Below are positions 25,579 to 41,851 of a stretch of DNA of 64,000 nt, piece by piece (the first letter of the stretch is position 1; each line of letters opens with the position of its first letter). Made by a program: the position numbers and the translations under genes. This DNA is from Epiperipatus broadwayi (lineage: Eukaryota > Animalia > Onychophora), in NCBI GenBank assembly GCA_028023455.1, contig JAQFVV010000009.1:9982001-10046000 (forward strand). Reading direction: 5' to 3'. A model generated the notes under the pieces. It had not been told where the DNA came from. It did no database searches and was given only the letters and a program-made list of their open reading frames with translations.

Positions 25579-26159
25579 GTGAACATCATTTCCAGTCTAA
25601 AAATGTATTAGTAAGGTAATCAATTACAACATGTAAATCACTGAGGAAAATACCCAGAGTATTATGACAGTAGTTGAAGAAATGTTGTTAGAGGAACTTA
25701 AATAACATTTGTAATTATGTAAATATTTTTGGTTTTTAATAAAGAATATTACTTTAAATAAATAAATAAAAAAATAGTCCATCATTTCATTTTTCTCAAA
25801 TCAATACTAATCTGTGTGAGTTGATTGAATTAGAACATTATCATCTTAATAGAAAAAATTGTCTGGAAACTTAAATCTGTAACATTAAAATAAAACTTGT
25901 AAATGAAATGCATCTATGTAGAATAATAGTTAGCTTAAAAAGAATATATATGATTTCTCAAATTATGATAGTTTCTTCAAAATATTTTAGAGTTTGGGAG
26001 ATTTTTGGACATCTATGGATATACACTTTTTCAGAAAATAAAATGATAAATAATGATTTATCTGATCACACAATATGCTTCCAGTCATTCACTGTCTAGT
26101 AATGGCTTCTACACTATACCATTTATATTAGAGTTTAGTTGCTTTAATAAAGGAAAATC

Positions 26160-26440
26160 AGCTATAAATCATTCTGATATATAATAAAGTGTCCAAATAA
26201 GTTCTGATCTTTACAGTAATTTGTTCCACTGTAATTTTATGCTTTGGGGTACAATTCTTAACACCAGTAAGAACCAATTTCCAACTGCAATTGATTCTAT
26301 ATTTTATTTTCTTTCTTTGGTGAATGCTGTGTTGACTTTGAAACATTAAACAGTAAAGCAGTTCTGGAGACCAACATTTCAGCTAAGACATTTTGATTCA
26401 TTTACAACATAAGACTTTTCAAACTGCTATCAATTTCTTG
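26160..26440 (-). pseudogene. Possible decayed piggyBac-like transposase fragment
   Basis: CTPKHKITVEQ (ORF 26158-26346) resembles the piggyBac YxPxxxLTVDEQ motif. One motif only. Confidence 0.2.
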
Positions 26441-28035
26441 TCAGACAATTCTATTTGTTAAAAAGAAAAAAATAATTTCATATTATATTATGTAATATTA
26501 AAAATATAGTACTCCTATAGCTACTTTTATACTATTTCTATACATGAATGATTGTAAGTACACAATTATTCTTTAAATGAATACAATATAGTTTTATTCA
26601 GAGTGGCAGAGGGCAGTGTTAAAAAATTCTTCATTATTAATTTTTTTGGCATAAGAGCACATATTTTAATCACAGCATCAGATAGTGAATTATCATGCTT
26701 TATTTTTAGCAATATTATTATCTCTTCTAAAGATGTACAACTTTATAGTTAATAAGAGCAATAACAGTATCAATTGGGTATGTGTGTATATAAATATAAA
26801 TGCTGTAATTAATCTTCATAGAAAATGATTTATCAACTGCGGCACGGTTCGATATTTTGATATGGGAACAAATGTTAACGTTTACATATGTGACTATTTT
26901 TTTTCTTGGGGGGGGGGGGAGGGTCTGTAGAATAAATAAGCAACATTAATGTAAAAATATTTAGTAACTAATCTCACTATAAGCAAGGCACTAAGGCAAT
27001 GTATTAAACATAGGTATATATTGTGCTATACACGCAAGATATTTGTCATTTAAAACTTAGACACATAAACACTTTCCTAGCAAATTGTGAACAATATTAA
27101 AATGGATATAGCTGTTAAGATAAAACATCCAGGAGACAAAGACTGCTGGAAATGGGTGAGGGAGGGAAGGTATTTTTAGAAGAGCAGTAAATAGAACACA
27201 CACTTTTGACTCAGCTGCTTACACGCTGCCAACAGAATAAGTCTATACATACTTTAATATTTTTTTTTTTTTGTATTTTTTAATGACAGTGTTTATTTCT
27301 AAAAACATAGGATTAATTTCAAAATTTCAAGAAAGAATATTCGTGATGGATAGGTAAGTTCTTTTTGATGAATATTTAAACAATATATTTTTTTTTCTTG
27401 CTGTTTAATTAAAATTAAAACATTAATCAAACACAGGCCATATTTAGATCGTAAATGAAGGCAGTGCAAAGATTCTTATATGACAGATATGAATCCAAGT
27501 TTGAGCCGTATACTCTTCATTACAGGCCGATTTCACAGTAATAATATTTTATAATATGGGAATTTAAACAAGTGTCAACTTTAATAAATGTATTTCTACG
27601 AAACATTTTATTAATCTAATAAAAAATATATATTAGTAAAAGTGGAAAAAAAAGAAGACAAAACAACGATATTTAAAATAAAAAAAAAGTATGAAAAGTT
27701 ACGTTGAAAATAATAAAAACTCATAAGGAATTAAAATACCATATTTATTTAAAATAATGTCTATTTATTTATACTAGCGAATAAAAGATGTGACCTACAT
27801 TTTATGGAAAAAAGATGCAAGAAAAAATGTAGTAAAACAAGATGAGATTTTTTTTTTAAAAAAAAGAGCAAGGACAAGAAATAAATAAAATACAAAAATC
27901 TTGGAAAAACCTAAGAATGACAAATATTTTAATAAATATCGATTAAAAAATAAATAAATCCAGCGCCATCTGAAGGTGATTTATTAAAATAACAATATTT
28001 AAATACAAGTATCGTGTCTATACTGAACTTAATGT

Positions 28036-28183
28036 AATTAGAAGGAATTTGAACTCAGACTTTGAAATTCCCTATAGCTATTCATTCCATCTTATACAAC
28101 TGATGTCATGTGTATCAATTGTATAAGATGGAATGGATAGCTGTAGGAAGTTTGGAAGTCCGAGTTCAAATCCCTTCAAATTA
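28036..28183. repeat. Short palindrome derived from the 3' part of family C
   Basis: About 65-bp arms around a ~10-nt loop. The right arm GTGTATCAATTGTATAAGATGGAATGGATAG..GAAGTCCGAGTTCAAATCCC aligns with 47810-47873 and 56560-56587. Confidence 0.8.
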
Positions 28184-30469
28184 AAATAAAAAAAAAAAAG
28201 CGAAAAAAAATCCATTAGGTCAATTAGGACAAAATTTGTAACCCCCCACCCCGAAAAAAAGGTCTTTCCTTTTTACTATAAAGCAATTTAAGGTTTCTTT
28301 TAGTGTTTATTTTTAGCAACTAACTTGCTTACCAGTGTTTGCATGTACAATATAGTATTATGATGAATATATATTTATTCAGAAATTAATTTAATTCGTA
28401 CCGTTTTTTTTTTTTTAAATTTTATTCCGATATACAATATAAGTAAGTATAACAGGGATTTGCGTACTTACATGTATTAAAGAAGTCTGATATATTTTAT
28501 AAATGATCACCTCTAAATAAAATCCAAATCTCTTAAATTTCTATATCAAAAATCAATTTCTCCAACAACGATTATAATTTGGAGCAATTTCCATAACTAT
28601 TCCAAATCGTTTATTTTTTGCTTTCTTCTACCCTTTTTTCTTTTCAAATTTATCAGTATTCTTTAAACATCCTTTATTATTCCCCATTTCTAACAGCGCT
28701 CAGATTCTTTGGTTAGTTAGTGTTTTTGTTTAAGAAATCTTCTTTCTCCAGAAAGGCTATAAAATAATATTCAATACTTTTCACGTTAACTAAAGTTGTT
28801 CAGATAGATATGCATAGACGTATTTCATATAATATGGAGTACAAAACAATCTAATTCAGCTTTATAACATTCATAGCTTACAGATATTATGCAAAGTTCT
28901 GAAAGTATATTTGGCTAAGTAAGTTCTTCTAGATATTATAATGGGTTATACTACTGCCTAACATAACAGAGCAACTTCATTTTATATATTTACTATGCAC
29001 AATAATAAATATTCATCATACTAATAATATAATCTTTCCATAACTTTTTTTATCTTTACTTCTCTCTTCTTATTAGTCCAAGTTTCTCCTACATATAAAT
29101 GCTTTAGGATAAAATATTTTCTAACTTCTATATAAAATTCAAGAAAGAAAAATTAGTCATTTAACAAAGGATTCCAATCCATTTGCTTCCCATCATCATA
29201 TAAAAAGTTCAGGTCCATTAATTTCATAACACTTTCCTCACCAATAGTGAGCCTATAATATTGCAATGTTTTTCATTTATGGTTATTGCATCAACACTTA
29301 ACTGATATATCTTAATTATTATGAGATCTTTATTCTTCAATTAAGAATAGATAAAATATCCATTTTAGGTAAATATTTTTTGATGGCCAATTTTAGTTAT
29401 TTAAAAATAAACTATTCTGAATTTGAACTCTGTATCATGGGCATAAAAGGTCAATGTAATAAGCACATAACATCAATTATTAATACAAATTGGTATCAAG
29501 ACTGATTTGGTTCATCAAATACTTTGGATAATGAAAGTCTGCAAGATAATATCCAGTTATATTAAACAAAATGTAATTAGGCCTATAAGTACATTATTAC
29601 CACTATCTTTTGAAATATAAAATATTATATATATATATAAATTGATTTAGAAAGTTTGTAAATAGAATATAAGGTTAAATCCAGAAGTAGTTTAGTGTGT
29701 TGTTTCTCTTTTGCAGTAACTATAAAGTATCTTCTAATTTCTCATGCACAGTTTCTGTACTAGCATTAAACATCTCAGTGATAGATAAACTGTTTCTGCC
29801 CTTTACCAATTTATTAATAAATGGCATATTATTTCTGAATGATTATTTTTCTTGCCTAAAGATGCTATTATTAACATCAAGAATAATACTACTGCATTTA
29901 TAAGATAACTTAATACAATTTCTATTTCAGTACTTGCTAACTTTTTTTTACATTGCAGAACACTTAGGAAAGACTAACATTTGTACAGTATACTTTTCTA
30001 AAAAGCAAAGGTTATGTCAAATACAGTAATTTGTATTATATTAAAATTAGAAACAATTATGATTAATAAAAACTTTAGTCTCTAAAAGTTTACAATTATT
30101 TTAATGAATTTTAACTCTGCAAATGATTAAAATTTACCAAGATTTTGTTATTTCTGCATTATTTAATGTTGAACCTAATAGTATGATGCAAATATCTTTG
30201 CATTAATTTGCTGCACATCCATATTTTCATCACAGCATACTGTACTTATAAGGAAGTATGTTTTTATATTGCAAAAATCTTTAAATTTTGATGTAACAAC
30301 TAATGATGATGAAATTTAGAAAAGAGATTCAAATCATTAATTAATTTAGATGACTGACATTCAAATAATCAACCATTTGCTTATCTACTATATAATTTTT
30401 CAAAATAAAAAATAAGATAAATATGTAACAAAAATATTATTTCCTTATCAATCTTTCAATTGTCATGCC

Positions 30470-30720
30470 TCTCTCTCAATCCATAAATCTTTCCACAATT
30501 TTTTTAAATTTGTGTTTATTCCTTCTTCCTAATTTCTATTTAGATTGCTTTTTTTCTTATTAGTAGCATCCAATTAAATATTTGTTTTGATAATCTTTCC
30601 TAAACTTCTCTGTACATGACCATGTTATTCCAAATGTCATGTTCTAATTCTATTTACTACAGTGTGTCTAATTTTCATTATTTCTCAAATTCTTTTTACA
30701 CAGACAATTTAAAGCTGTAA
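30470..30720 (-). mobile_element. Old RTE-like LINE 3' fragment
   Basis: Minus-strand translation resembles the RTE C-terminal W-GH-x-R..KQIF-W..KR-GR region. Many stops. Confidence 0.35.
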
Positions 30721-31138
30721 GAGATTTCATATTACGAAGAGTTCATATTAAAGTTTATTACATAAATTAAGAGAGTACTTGATTATAATGATTCCATCAA
30801 ATAACACATGGCTTTATATATCCAAGCTTAATTTCAATTACAAAAATAATTTACAAATAGATACAGCATAATATAGTCACATTTTTACAAAATACCTCAT
30901 TCATATCTTTTCAACAAAAAGGCACACACATTCAGCTATATTTAATATTTTAAAAATGTATTTCTAGACAGAAAATGTTACTATAATAGTTGATGATTTA
31001 AAATTCTTAATAAATAAATCCAAGGATTTCTACCATACCTTCAGCTATCAAATTATTTCACATTTACTAAAAAGAATGTTAAAGAGATTTTTTTAAAAAA
31101 AAAAAACTTTTCTATTTTTCAGTTTTATTCCTCTAATG

Positions 31139-31549
31139 CAGTTTATAATCTTTTTACACTTGCAAACCCCTTCCTCAGATGAAAATTTGATGCAACTCAT
31201 TTTTTGTTTTTATCATGCCTAAATTATAAGTATGAGTATATAAATATATTCATAATAAAACAATAGTAGTTTTAATTAATATACACATTTATATTTCCTA
31301 ACATTTTAATATTAAGCATATAGGATTTGAAATGAAATTTTTGAAAAAAATCAAATACTTATATATAAAGATATATACAAAAACAATTACTTTCAGATGA
31401 TTTTTATCTATTTTTAAAAATAAAATTCTTTCAAAAAAAAAAAAATTATCATTATCCAAAATCTTGGGGATTCTTAAAATTTTTGTGACCCCCAACAATT
31501 TTTATGCAACCCCTCAGAGGGGTTGCAATCCATAGTTTGTGCACCACTG
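31139..31549. mobile_element. hAT (Buster-type) MITE
   Basis: Perfect 8-bp TSD CTCTAATG (31131-31138, 31550-31557). Right end ..GTTTGTGCACCACTG, with subterminal palindrome TGCAACCCCTCAGAGGGGTTGCA. Left TIR degenerate. Confidence 0.8.
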
Positions 31550-34500
31550 CTCTAATGTACAAAGCCAAATGAATCTTCATCAAAAGATTTAAAGAATAAG
31601 TAAAAAAACCTCAACTGGATCTAAAGAATGTATATGTGACATATGTGTTTACAATTAGTAATCAAGCCCAGATGACATAATTGTTAGCATAATCATCTAT
31701 CATATCCATATCTTATAGCTTGAACCCAGGTGAACTTTGTAAAAAAAATTAGGTAACTGAGTACTTCTGAACAATCTTAAGAATTTTTTCCAAGACTAAC
31801 CTATAATTTAACTGTAAGTCATTTAGAAGAAAAATAAAAAATCCTATAAAAACTGTCAATTATCGTTGATCTGATGAATAATGGCTTCTCCTTCCCTGTT
31901 TCTCTGAGGAGAAAATTATACAGATCTTTACTTTAAAATGTTTTTTTTAATGGTTGTTTTATAATTTTATCTATTGAACAATTACTAATAAATATATCAA
32001 TAGGCAAATAATTATATTTTACTTTAAACACAGTCATAGACAGTGGGAAAAATATGCAAGTGACTTCTAATCTATTTAGAGCAGAATAACTTCTACCAGA
32101 TTTGACTATCCTAATCTTGAACTGTCTTTGTATTTCTCTATCTGAACTGTAGGGTTTTAATTTATAAATATAATATTTCAAATAATAAACTTTCAATAAA
32201 CAAGCCATGAGCTTCAATGAACATACCAATGATCATAGATCACTTTATTAGATTAGAAATTATTATATTTCTTTAATCATAGATAACAACTTTAAATCTG
32301 ATTTAATATATTTATCAATCTTTATAAACCTGCATGAGAATTATGTTGATTTTATCCAACTCATTCCAGTCATTTACACAAATATTACATATCTATAAAT
32401 TATTTCTATCACAACATTTAAAGGTAATAGTTCCAAATATTGAAAAAATGTATAGGACATTAAGCTTCAACAGTTCTACTTTCTTTTGTTAAAATTATTA
32501 AATCAATATTCTTTTATGAATAACTGTGTATATATATATAAGGTGGTGCAAAAAACTTAAGGGAATTTAAAAAAATACATAAATTTCTTACATTTTCATT
32601 TATGTATTTAGATGATAATAAAGTATGATATTTGGAGCTTTTTTAGAGCTGTTTATGAAACTATCACTTAAATGTTCACCATTTTTTCTTTCACTTAGTA
32701 TGAGCTCTTTCTAAAACATTTCACATTACTTTTGTTAATATATCTGATGCTAAAACTCTTATTTTGACTCTAATTTAGTTGAAGAACATAAACCTTATCT
32801 TTAAGATAATTCCAAAAAAAATAATTGGGGCTGTTAAATCTGGCTAACATGAGGGTTAGTTGAATGCCACATTTTTGAACATTAGACATTTGTCAAAACT
32901 TTTTCTTAAAACTGCTAAGGTGATGTGATGCACTGTGACCTCTGGAGTCAGAAATCTCTCAGCCACTTTGCCCAGAGAAACTTGTTAGCCACTTTCCATT
33001 CCTTATCCTAAGTTTTCCCATATTCTTCTCTATTCTGCTCCATCCCATTTCCACAATATGGACTATATATATAAATTCCCCATATCTTTTCCCAAACTCA
33101 GCATAAAAACCAATAACCCACATTCTGTATAATCACTTCGTTTATATTTATTCTTCCACAACTTCATTATTTGTACCCGTTCTGCTTTCAGGCATTTACA
33201 TTCAATTAACAGATGCTTAATATTTTCTATGCTTTTCTTATGCAACTTGCAGACTAAATCACCCAAATTTTTCTAGTTGTGTGTATATTCCTTTATTGCT
33301 AAAGATACTGTTCGAGCCTTAAACAGTAAACTACTTTCCTTGCTATTATCATAAATTAATATGCACCCAATATTCCGTTTACTTCTATATATATTTAAAC
33401 TCTTTTTACTCTCCATACTAATTCGCCATCTCTTTATTAATGCATCCTTCTTCTATCCCATTCCTTACCACTATAACACTCAACCATTCTCCCAACACAA
33501 TCATCCCACCCTTTGTATAAGGATACTGACAAATTCTTTATTCAAATCTTCTGAATATCATACTAACTTTCTCATCCATCCTGTTGCTCGCCTTTTACTC
33601 ATAACCCAATTAATTACTATTTTGCCTATTCTCTTATTACCCATAAATTGCAATCTACCGAACAATTTCATTTTCCTTTTTGCATCTCTCATATAAAAAC
33701 TTGACTATCCCATTTCTCCTTGAATTGCCTCCTTTGCCATCCACACATTTGCATGTAATGTATGTCTTTCTATTTCTCTTTATACTTTTTCTAAATTATC
33801 TAATACCCATTTACTAACACATAATGAATAGTTACCATATGTTAACCCTGTCATTCCCTTCCATACAATTCTGGCTACATCATACTTATTATATAATAAC
33901 ACTGTTAATTTCTTTATCAATCCCGTTCTTTTCTTTGCTTCATTTATCAATTTTTTCTCCCATTCATCCAAACAATTTCTCTTATTATTTAAGACGATTC
34001 CCAAACAGTTATACCTATTTATCACAGTCAATTTTATATCCCCCAATACAAAGTCTTTGTCTTATCTTTCCCCAGTATTAATCATTACTTTTGATGTTTC
34101 CACACTAAATTTAATCCCCACCTCTTTAGCCATCCTTGTGTAGGTCCTCAGCATAACTTCCTTTCTTTCTGTGCAAAAGAAAACATCATCCATAAATAAA
34201 AAACCCGATAATATATATAGTCCATTGTCACCTGTTAATGGTACTACCCCTCTTCCTGGTCTTTCTATTGCTCTCTCCATTTCTCTCAAATACAACAAAA
34301 ACAAAATAGGTGACATAGGGCATCCTTGCCTTAGTCCCACCCAATTTTTAACTTTAACTGATTCTATATTCCCTAATTGATAAGTATAATAATTATTTTC
34401 ATATAATCTCTTAATAATATCCACTAAAGCTCCATCCATTTCCAAATTTATTAAACTTACCCATAATCTATTACTATTTACTCTGTTATATGCCTTCTCT

Positions 34501-35696
34501 ATATCTATATAACTGTCTAGCTGAATTTCTACTCATATCTATAAGTTGTGTAACCTATATGCCTATCCAATTGAAAACCTCCCTGCATTTCTCCCACTAT
34601 ATTATTTTCTTCCATCCATTTTGTGACCCTTCCAGCCACCATATATGTGAAAACTTTATATAACACTGACATTAAAGCTATCGGTCTATAATTGCTTAAC
34701 TTTCTATGATCCTTACCATTCATTTAAATAGTAGCCTTACTCTTAACTACCTAGAAAATCTTTCTTCTGTGACATCTTATTAAAACATGATAATAGTTTT
34801 AATTTTGCCCTACCTTCTAAATTCATTACCATCTCTACTGCTTATCCATCCAAACCTCTTGGCTTTCCACTTTTTAATTTCTTCCCTGCCTCATACAGTT
34901 CATTTTCTGCAAACCTACTATTTCCATTACTATATGCTTTCATGTTTGTTATCACTCTGTCCTTCACAATCTAACATCTTTTCTATATTCATTACATACT
35001 TATTTAAGATTATCTCTAATTCTTCTCTAGAGCTACACTCTGTTCCCTAATTGTGTAGTAATATTATTTGTCTCTCCCCTACATTCCTTCTTTTAATGCA
35101 TTTCCAAAATTTTTTCTCCTATCTCTTCCACTTTTATTAATATTCTCCAACAATTTAGGATTTAATTTCATTCTCTCTATATAATTATCTAATTTAGGCA
35201 ACTTTTTTTTAAAAAAAAAAAAATTTCCCCCTTTAACATTAACATCTTTTTCACTTTCTTTGTTCTTAATAGCACACTTATATTCTCTTCATGCTTTTTT
35301 TCTTTCTTTTACACTTTTACTAATTCTCACTTTCCTATTATTTTTTTTCTTCTGAATATTCTCAGTTAAAATCCTATTTGCCACTTTTTCTACTTCATCA
35401 CACCAGTTCTTATATTCACCCCCACCAACTCTTCCATGGTTTCTTCAACTTTTATTTTATATTCTTCTAACTTATTCTAATCATTCATTCTCCCATCCAC
35501 AACTTTCACTATTCTTTTTACTTTTATTATTATTTTCCACCATCACATTACTAACCATCTCTACTATAAAAAAAATATGATCACTATCACATACTCTCTC
35601 TCTCTTCATTATCAAACACTTTAGTTTTCCATACTTTATTTATTCCCCCTTTCTCTACTAATACATAATCTATTGTGTGACATATTATTTCTAAAC

Positions 35697-38339
<2,643 letters not shown>

Positions 38340-39080
38340 TTCTAAACCATGTGAATATTGTCCCTCATAAATATTTGACAAATTTCCAATTCTCAAATTC
38401 ACTCTCTGAAAAAAATTCTTCAAAAGCTGTCCATTCTTGTTATCTACATCATCAATCTCTTCAATATGCTCATTCACATTCCCTATAATCATTGTTCTCT
38501 TCCCGTTTTTTTTAAAAATCTGCATATCCTTAACTAAATGTTCATATATCCTACTGTTCCGCTCCATTATAGTTTGACCATCTCCAGTGGCTATATATAC
38601 TACAGCCACCATCCACTCCTGTCTTCCTAACCCTATCTTAAATCACAAATGGTTTTGACATTTAACAGTATTTATAAATATTTTTTTGACTTAACTACTA
38701 TACCACTACCCCTTTTTTCTTTTCTATTTGTACCTGCCATACCAAGTCTTCCAGTGTAGGTTTTTCTTCTTCTTCTCTTAGATGTATTTCCATTATTGCT
38801 ACTATCCCAAGCTCTTCATTTTTAACTGCTTTGTTTAATTTCAGTCACTTTTCTAATCTCCTACCACCTTGCATATTCAAATATTCAATTTTAACAATTT
38901 CTTTTCTAACTACTCTTTTATAAATTCTTTTGACCCTTTCTTATACATTTATAAATAACTTGCTTACCATTAATTTTACAGACCCATTCCTTCTCCACAT
39001 CCATATTTATATCCAAGCCAACTACCCTTTGTTTATTTCTTACATCTCGTCCATTTTTCTTCTTTCTGATAATACAGCCA

Positions 39081-40055
39081 CTAGTTTCCCAAATCATATT
39101 CTTTATAAATCAAACTCCCTAAAACTTCACTTCCTTGTTTTGCTAAGTGCAACCCATCTCTACTACATAACTCCCTCTTACTAATAAAAAAAATCCCATC
39201 CACAAACATATCATTTCTCTCTCACAATTTTTTCAATTTCTCATTTATAGAATATGCCCTATCTAACATATATCTTTTGTCAAATCTTGGTAATAATCCA
39301 ATTATTGCTACTTTTCCTTTAATCTTGCTCAAATTGCTAGTCAATTCTATGTACTCATCCATTACTCTCTCTGATGGCTCTGACAAATTATTTGTTCCTA
39401 TCATAACATACATATCTCTACTCCCTTATTTCTTAACCTTAACTGTAGCATCCCTAATTCTAGTTCCAGGCAGACATACTCTTGCATATCTGTTTCTACT
39501 TTCCCTTGCAATCATGTCTCCACATTCTCTAATTAATGAACCTCCTATTAATACTGTCTCATAGTTTACTTTCTTTACTTCATCCGTAACATTTACCAAC
39601 TTCTGGACTTCCTTGTCATTCCCATTCAATAATTCCTTTATCTGCACACACTTTGTCTCTAACAATTTTAATTTTACTTCTACATCTCTTACCTTTATCT
39701 TATTTATTCTCTGGCTAACTATCTGCACTGCACTGTCTATTTTTTCATCCATATCTCTTGTCACTCCACTAAAAACGTACTCTATCCTATCTTCCTCGAT
39801 TACATTTTGCTCCATTTCTCCTGACTTTCTCTTTAAACTATCTACATTTAAAAACCACTTTTTCATTTCTTTTATAACACTTATACACTGTCTACATAAC
39901 GATAAACCTGCTAGATCCTTTCTAGTCTTATTTAAACATTTCACGTGATAAACCTCATTACATATGGTACACTCTACCCTAGCACACCTAATTTCTTTCT
40001 GACGCATATATAGGCATTGTGGGATACAAATGCAATCCATATTCCTTATTTTCAA
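39081..40055 (-). pseudogene. ORF1 of the RTEX-like LINE: PHD finger, coiled coil, SGNH/GDSL esterase
   Basis: C-x-C..CTICNEVYHVKC..CRQC (C4HC3 pattern). Esterase blocks LIGGSLIR, CLPG, MIGTNN and RDGLHL. Frameshifted near 39420 and 39200. Confidence 0.85.
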
Positions 40056-41851
40056 GCCCCCTACTCTATATTAACTTTATGCTTCCTCTCCTATTCCTCA
40101 ACTCCCTTTACACAAAAGGAGAAAAACTTTACTTTCTTATAATGGCAATCGATAAACACTTATTTCTCAACCTTAGACCACAAGACATTATCTTTCTCAA
40201 ATAAATCACTTACTTAAATTAAAAAAAAATCTTTAGCAGTACTAATTTACCAAAAAAATCAAAGAAACAAACAATTTTTGTATCAGTTGAAATCTCAGTT
40301 CTCTGAAAATAATTTGCAAATATATATATATAAACTTTAACTTAACTTGCAAACAAAACGGCTATGTTACCAGAGCTAGACAGTCAAAGCTTTAAATCTA
40401 TATCTCTTGATCACAATTATCTTTTCACCTTCATACCATCAACAGACAATTTTTATAGCAGTTAAATTCTCAGTTCTCTGAAGATAATTCATAAAAAAAC
40501 AAAGTATAAATTTTAACTAAGCTTGCAGAACAAGAAGTGTGTACAGTGGCTCCATTTTGTTAAAACCAAATTTCCAAATTGTAATGTGATATCTTTCATT
40601 ATTCTCACAGAATTACTACTATTGGCCCAGTAATTCTTTGAGATGTGACTGCACACCAGATTATACCTTTAAGAGATTATCTCGTGCTGAAATGCTCTAG
40701 GATTTTCAATGCACCACATTCTGTAACTGATAAATCCATTCAAATGGAAATGGGCTTCATCTTAATAACTGATGAATAACTTTATTTTGCTCTTTCGCCA
40801 ATTGTTGCAAGCAAACACCATAAATGAATGATACATTGATGGTTATCCCTTGGTTTTAAATTTTGCATGCATTGAACTTTGTATGAAAACAATTTTCAAA
40901 ATTTTAGGATCTTTGCGTTGATGTTTAAAGATTCCTAACTCAGAAGATTATCTTCGGATTGATCTAATCAGATTATCATAAATTCTTCTGAATGCATTGA
41001 ATACTCATCTCAATTTGGGCAGAATGTAGCCTTCCACATTTCAGAAGATGAACTCTGCTCTTGAAAATATCACATCAGACATTGAATCATCGTTTCAGAG
41101 AGCAGATTTCACATATGAAAGTATTGGCAGTAAGCTTCTTAGGGTCTGAATTATTGAATGATGTTCAAAATAAATTAGATGATTTTCGTTTGCTCAACAA
41201 TGATCTATTTCTTCATATTTAAATCTCCCAGATGTATTTTATGAAGCCCTAAAAAAAAAACAAAAAAAAAATTAAATTTGAAGTTATGTATTTTTTTAAC
41301 CCTCTTGTGATTTTTGCATCACCCTGCATAATACTAATAAAATTATTTATGTGCTCATTAAAAACCATTGAATTTCATCTAAACTAATATTTGAAACTAT
41401 TAGCTTGATTAACATAATAAAAAGCTAGTAAGAGAAAGTTTGACACATGATTTATTACTACATAACAAACCTAAGGTCAGATAAAAAATCATTCTTTACT
41501 TGACAAAATAGATTAGCAGATAGCGCAAAAAAGTGGTATTGTTCTCAAGTTTATTAAATGATTCTTTATTTGGACTTGATTGTTCTGTGAATAGATTTAT
41601 ATAATAGTAAATGGACATGCAATCAATGAAAAATATATTTTCACACTATAATATAAATTTAAACTTTATTATCATTAATCATTTTCTAACTTAAAATAAT
41701 CAAATGGACATCACATCTTAAATATATTTCAATTATTATAATAGCCTAATAAATAGTGCTATAGACAATTAAACATCAGTTCATCAGAGATAACATACTC
41801 ACTAGAAGTTTACATCTAACTAGCTTTATGCAGTATAATTTATTTTTAAAG

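Larger units (their letters stand above)
20506..25764 (+). mobile_element. Full-length L1/Tx1-group non-LTR retrotransposon (inactivated by frameshifts)
   Basis: Perfect 21-bp TSD AATAAAAAAATAGTCCATCAT at 20485-20505 and 25765-25785. 79-nt 5'UTR, ORF1 and ORF2, AATAAA at 25738 and an (AAAT)n tail. Confidence 0.95.

Noticed and set aside
28095-28120. CAACTGATG at the centre of the 28-kb palindrome as a hammerhead remnant
   Set aside because: It aligns to the family C segment ACACTGATACACC, which lies downstream of the ribozyme on the antisense strand. It is not the CUGAUGA core, and no GAAA or stems follow.
29140-32500. Further coding-like fragments at about 29.2, 29.8 and 31.9-32.2 kb
   Set aside because: Probably very old LINE or Tc1 debris (31.9-32.2 kb resembles the RTE RT C-terminus), but too decayed to bound or name.
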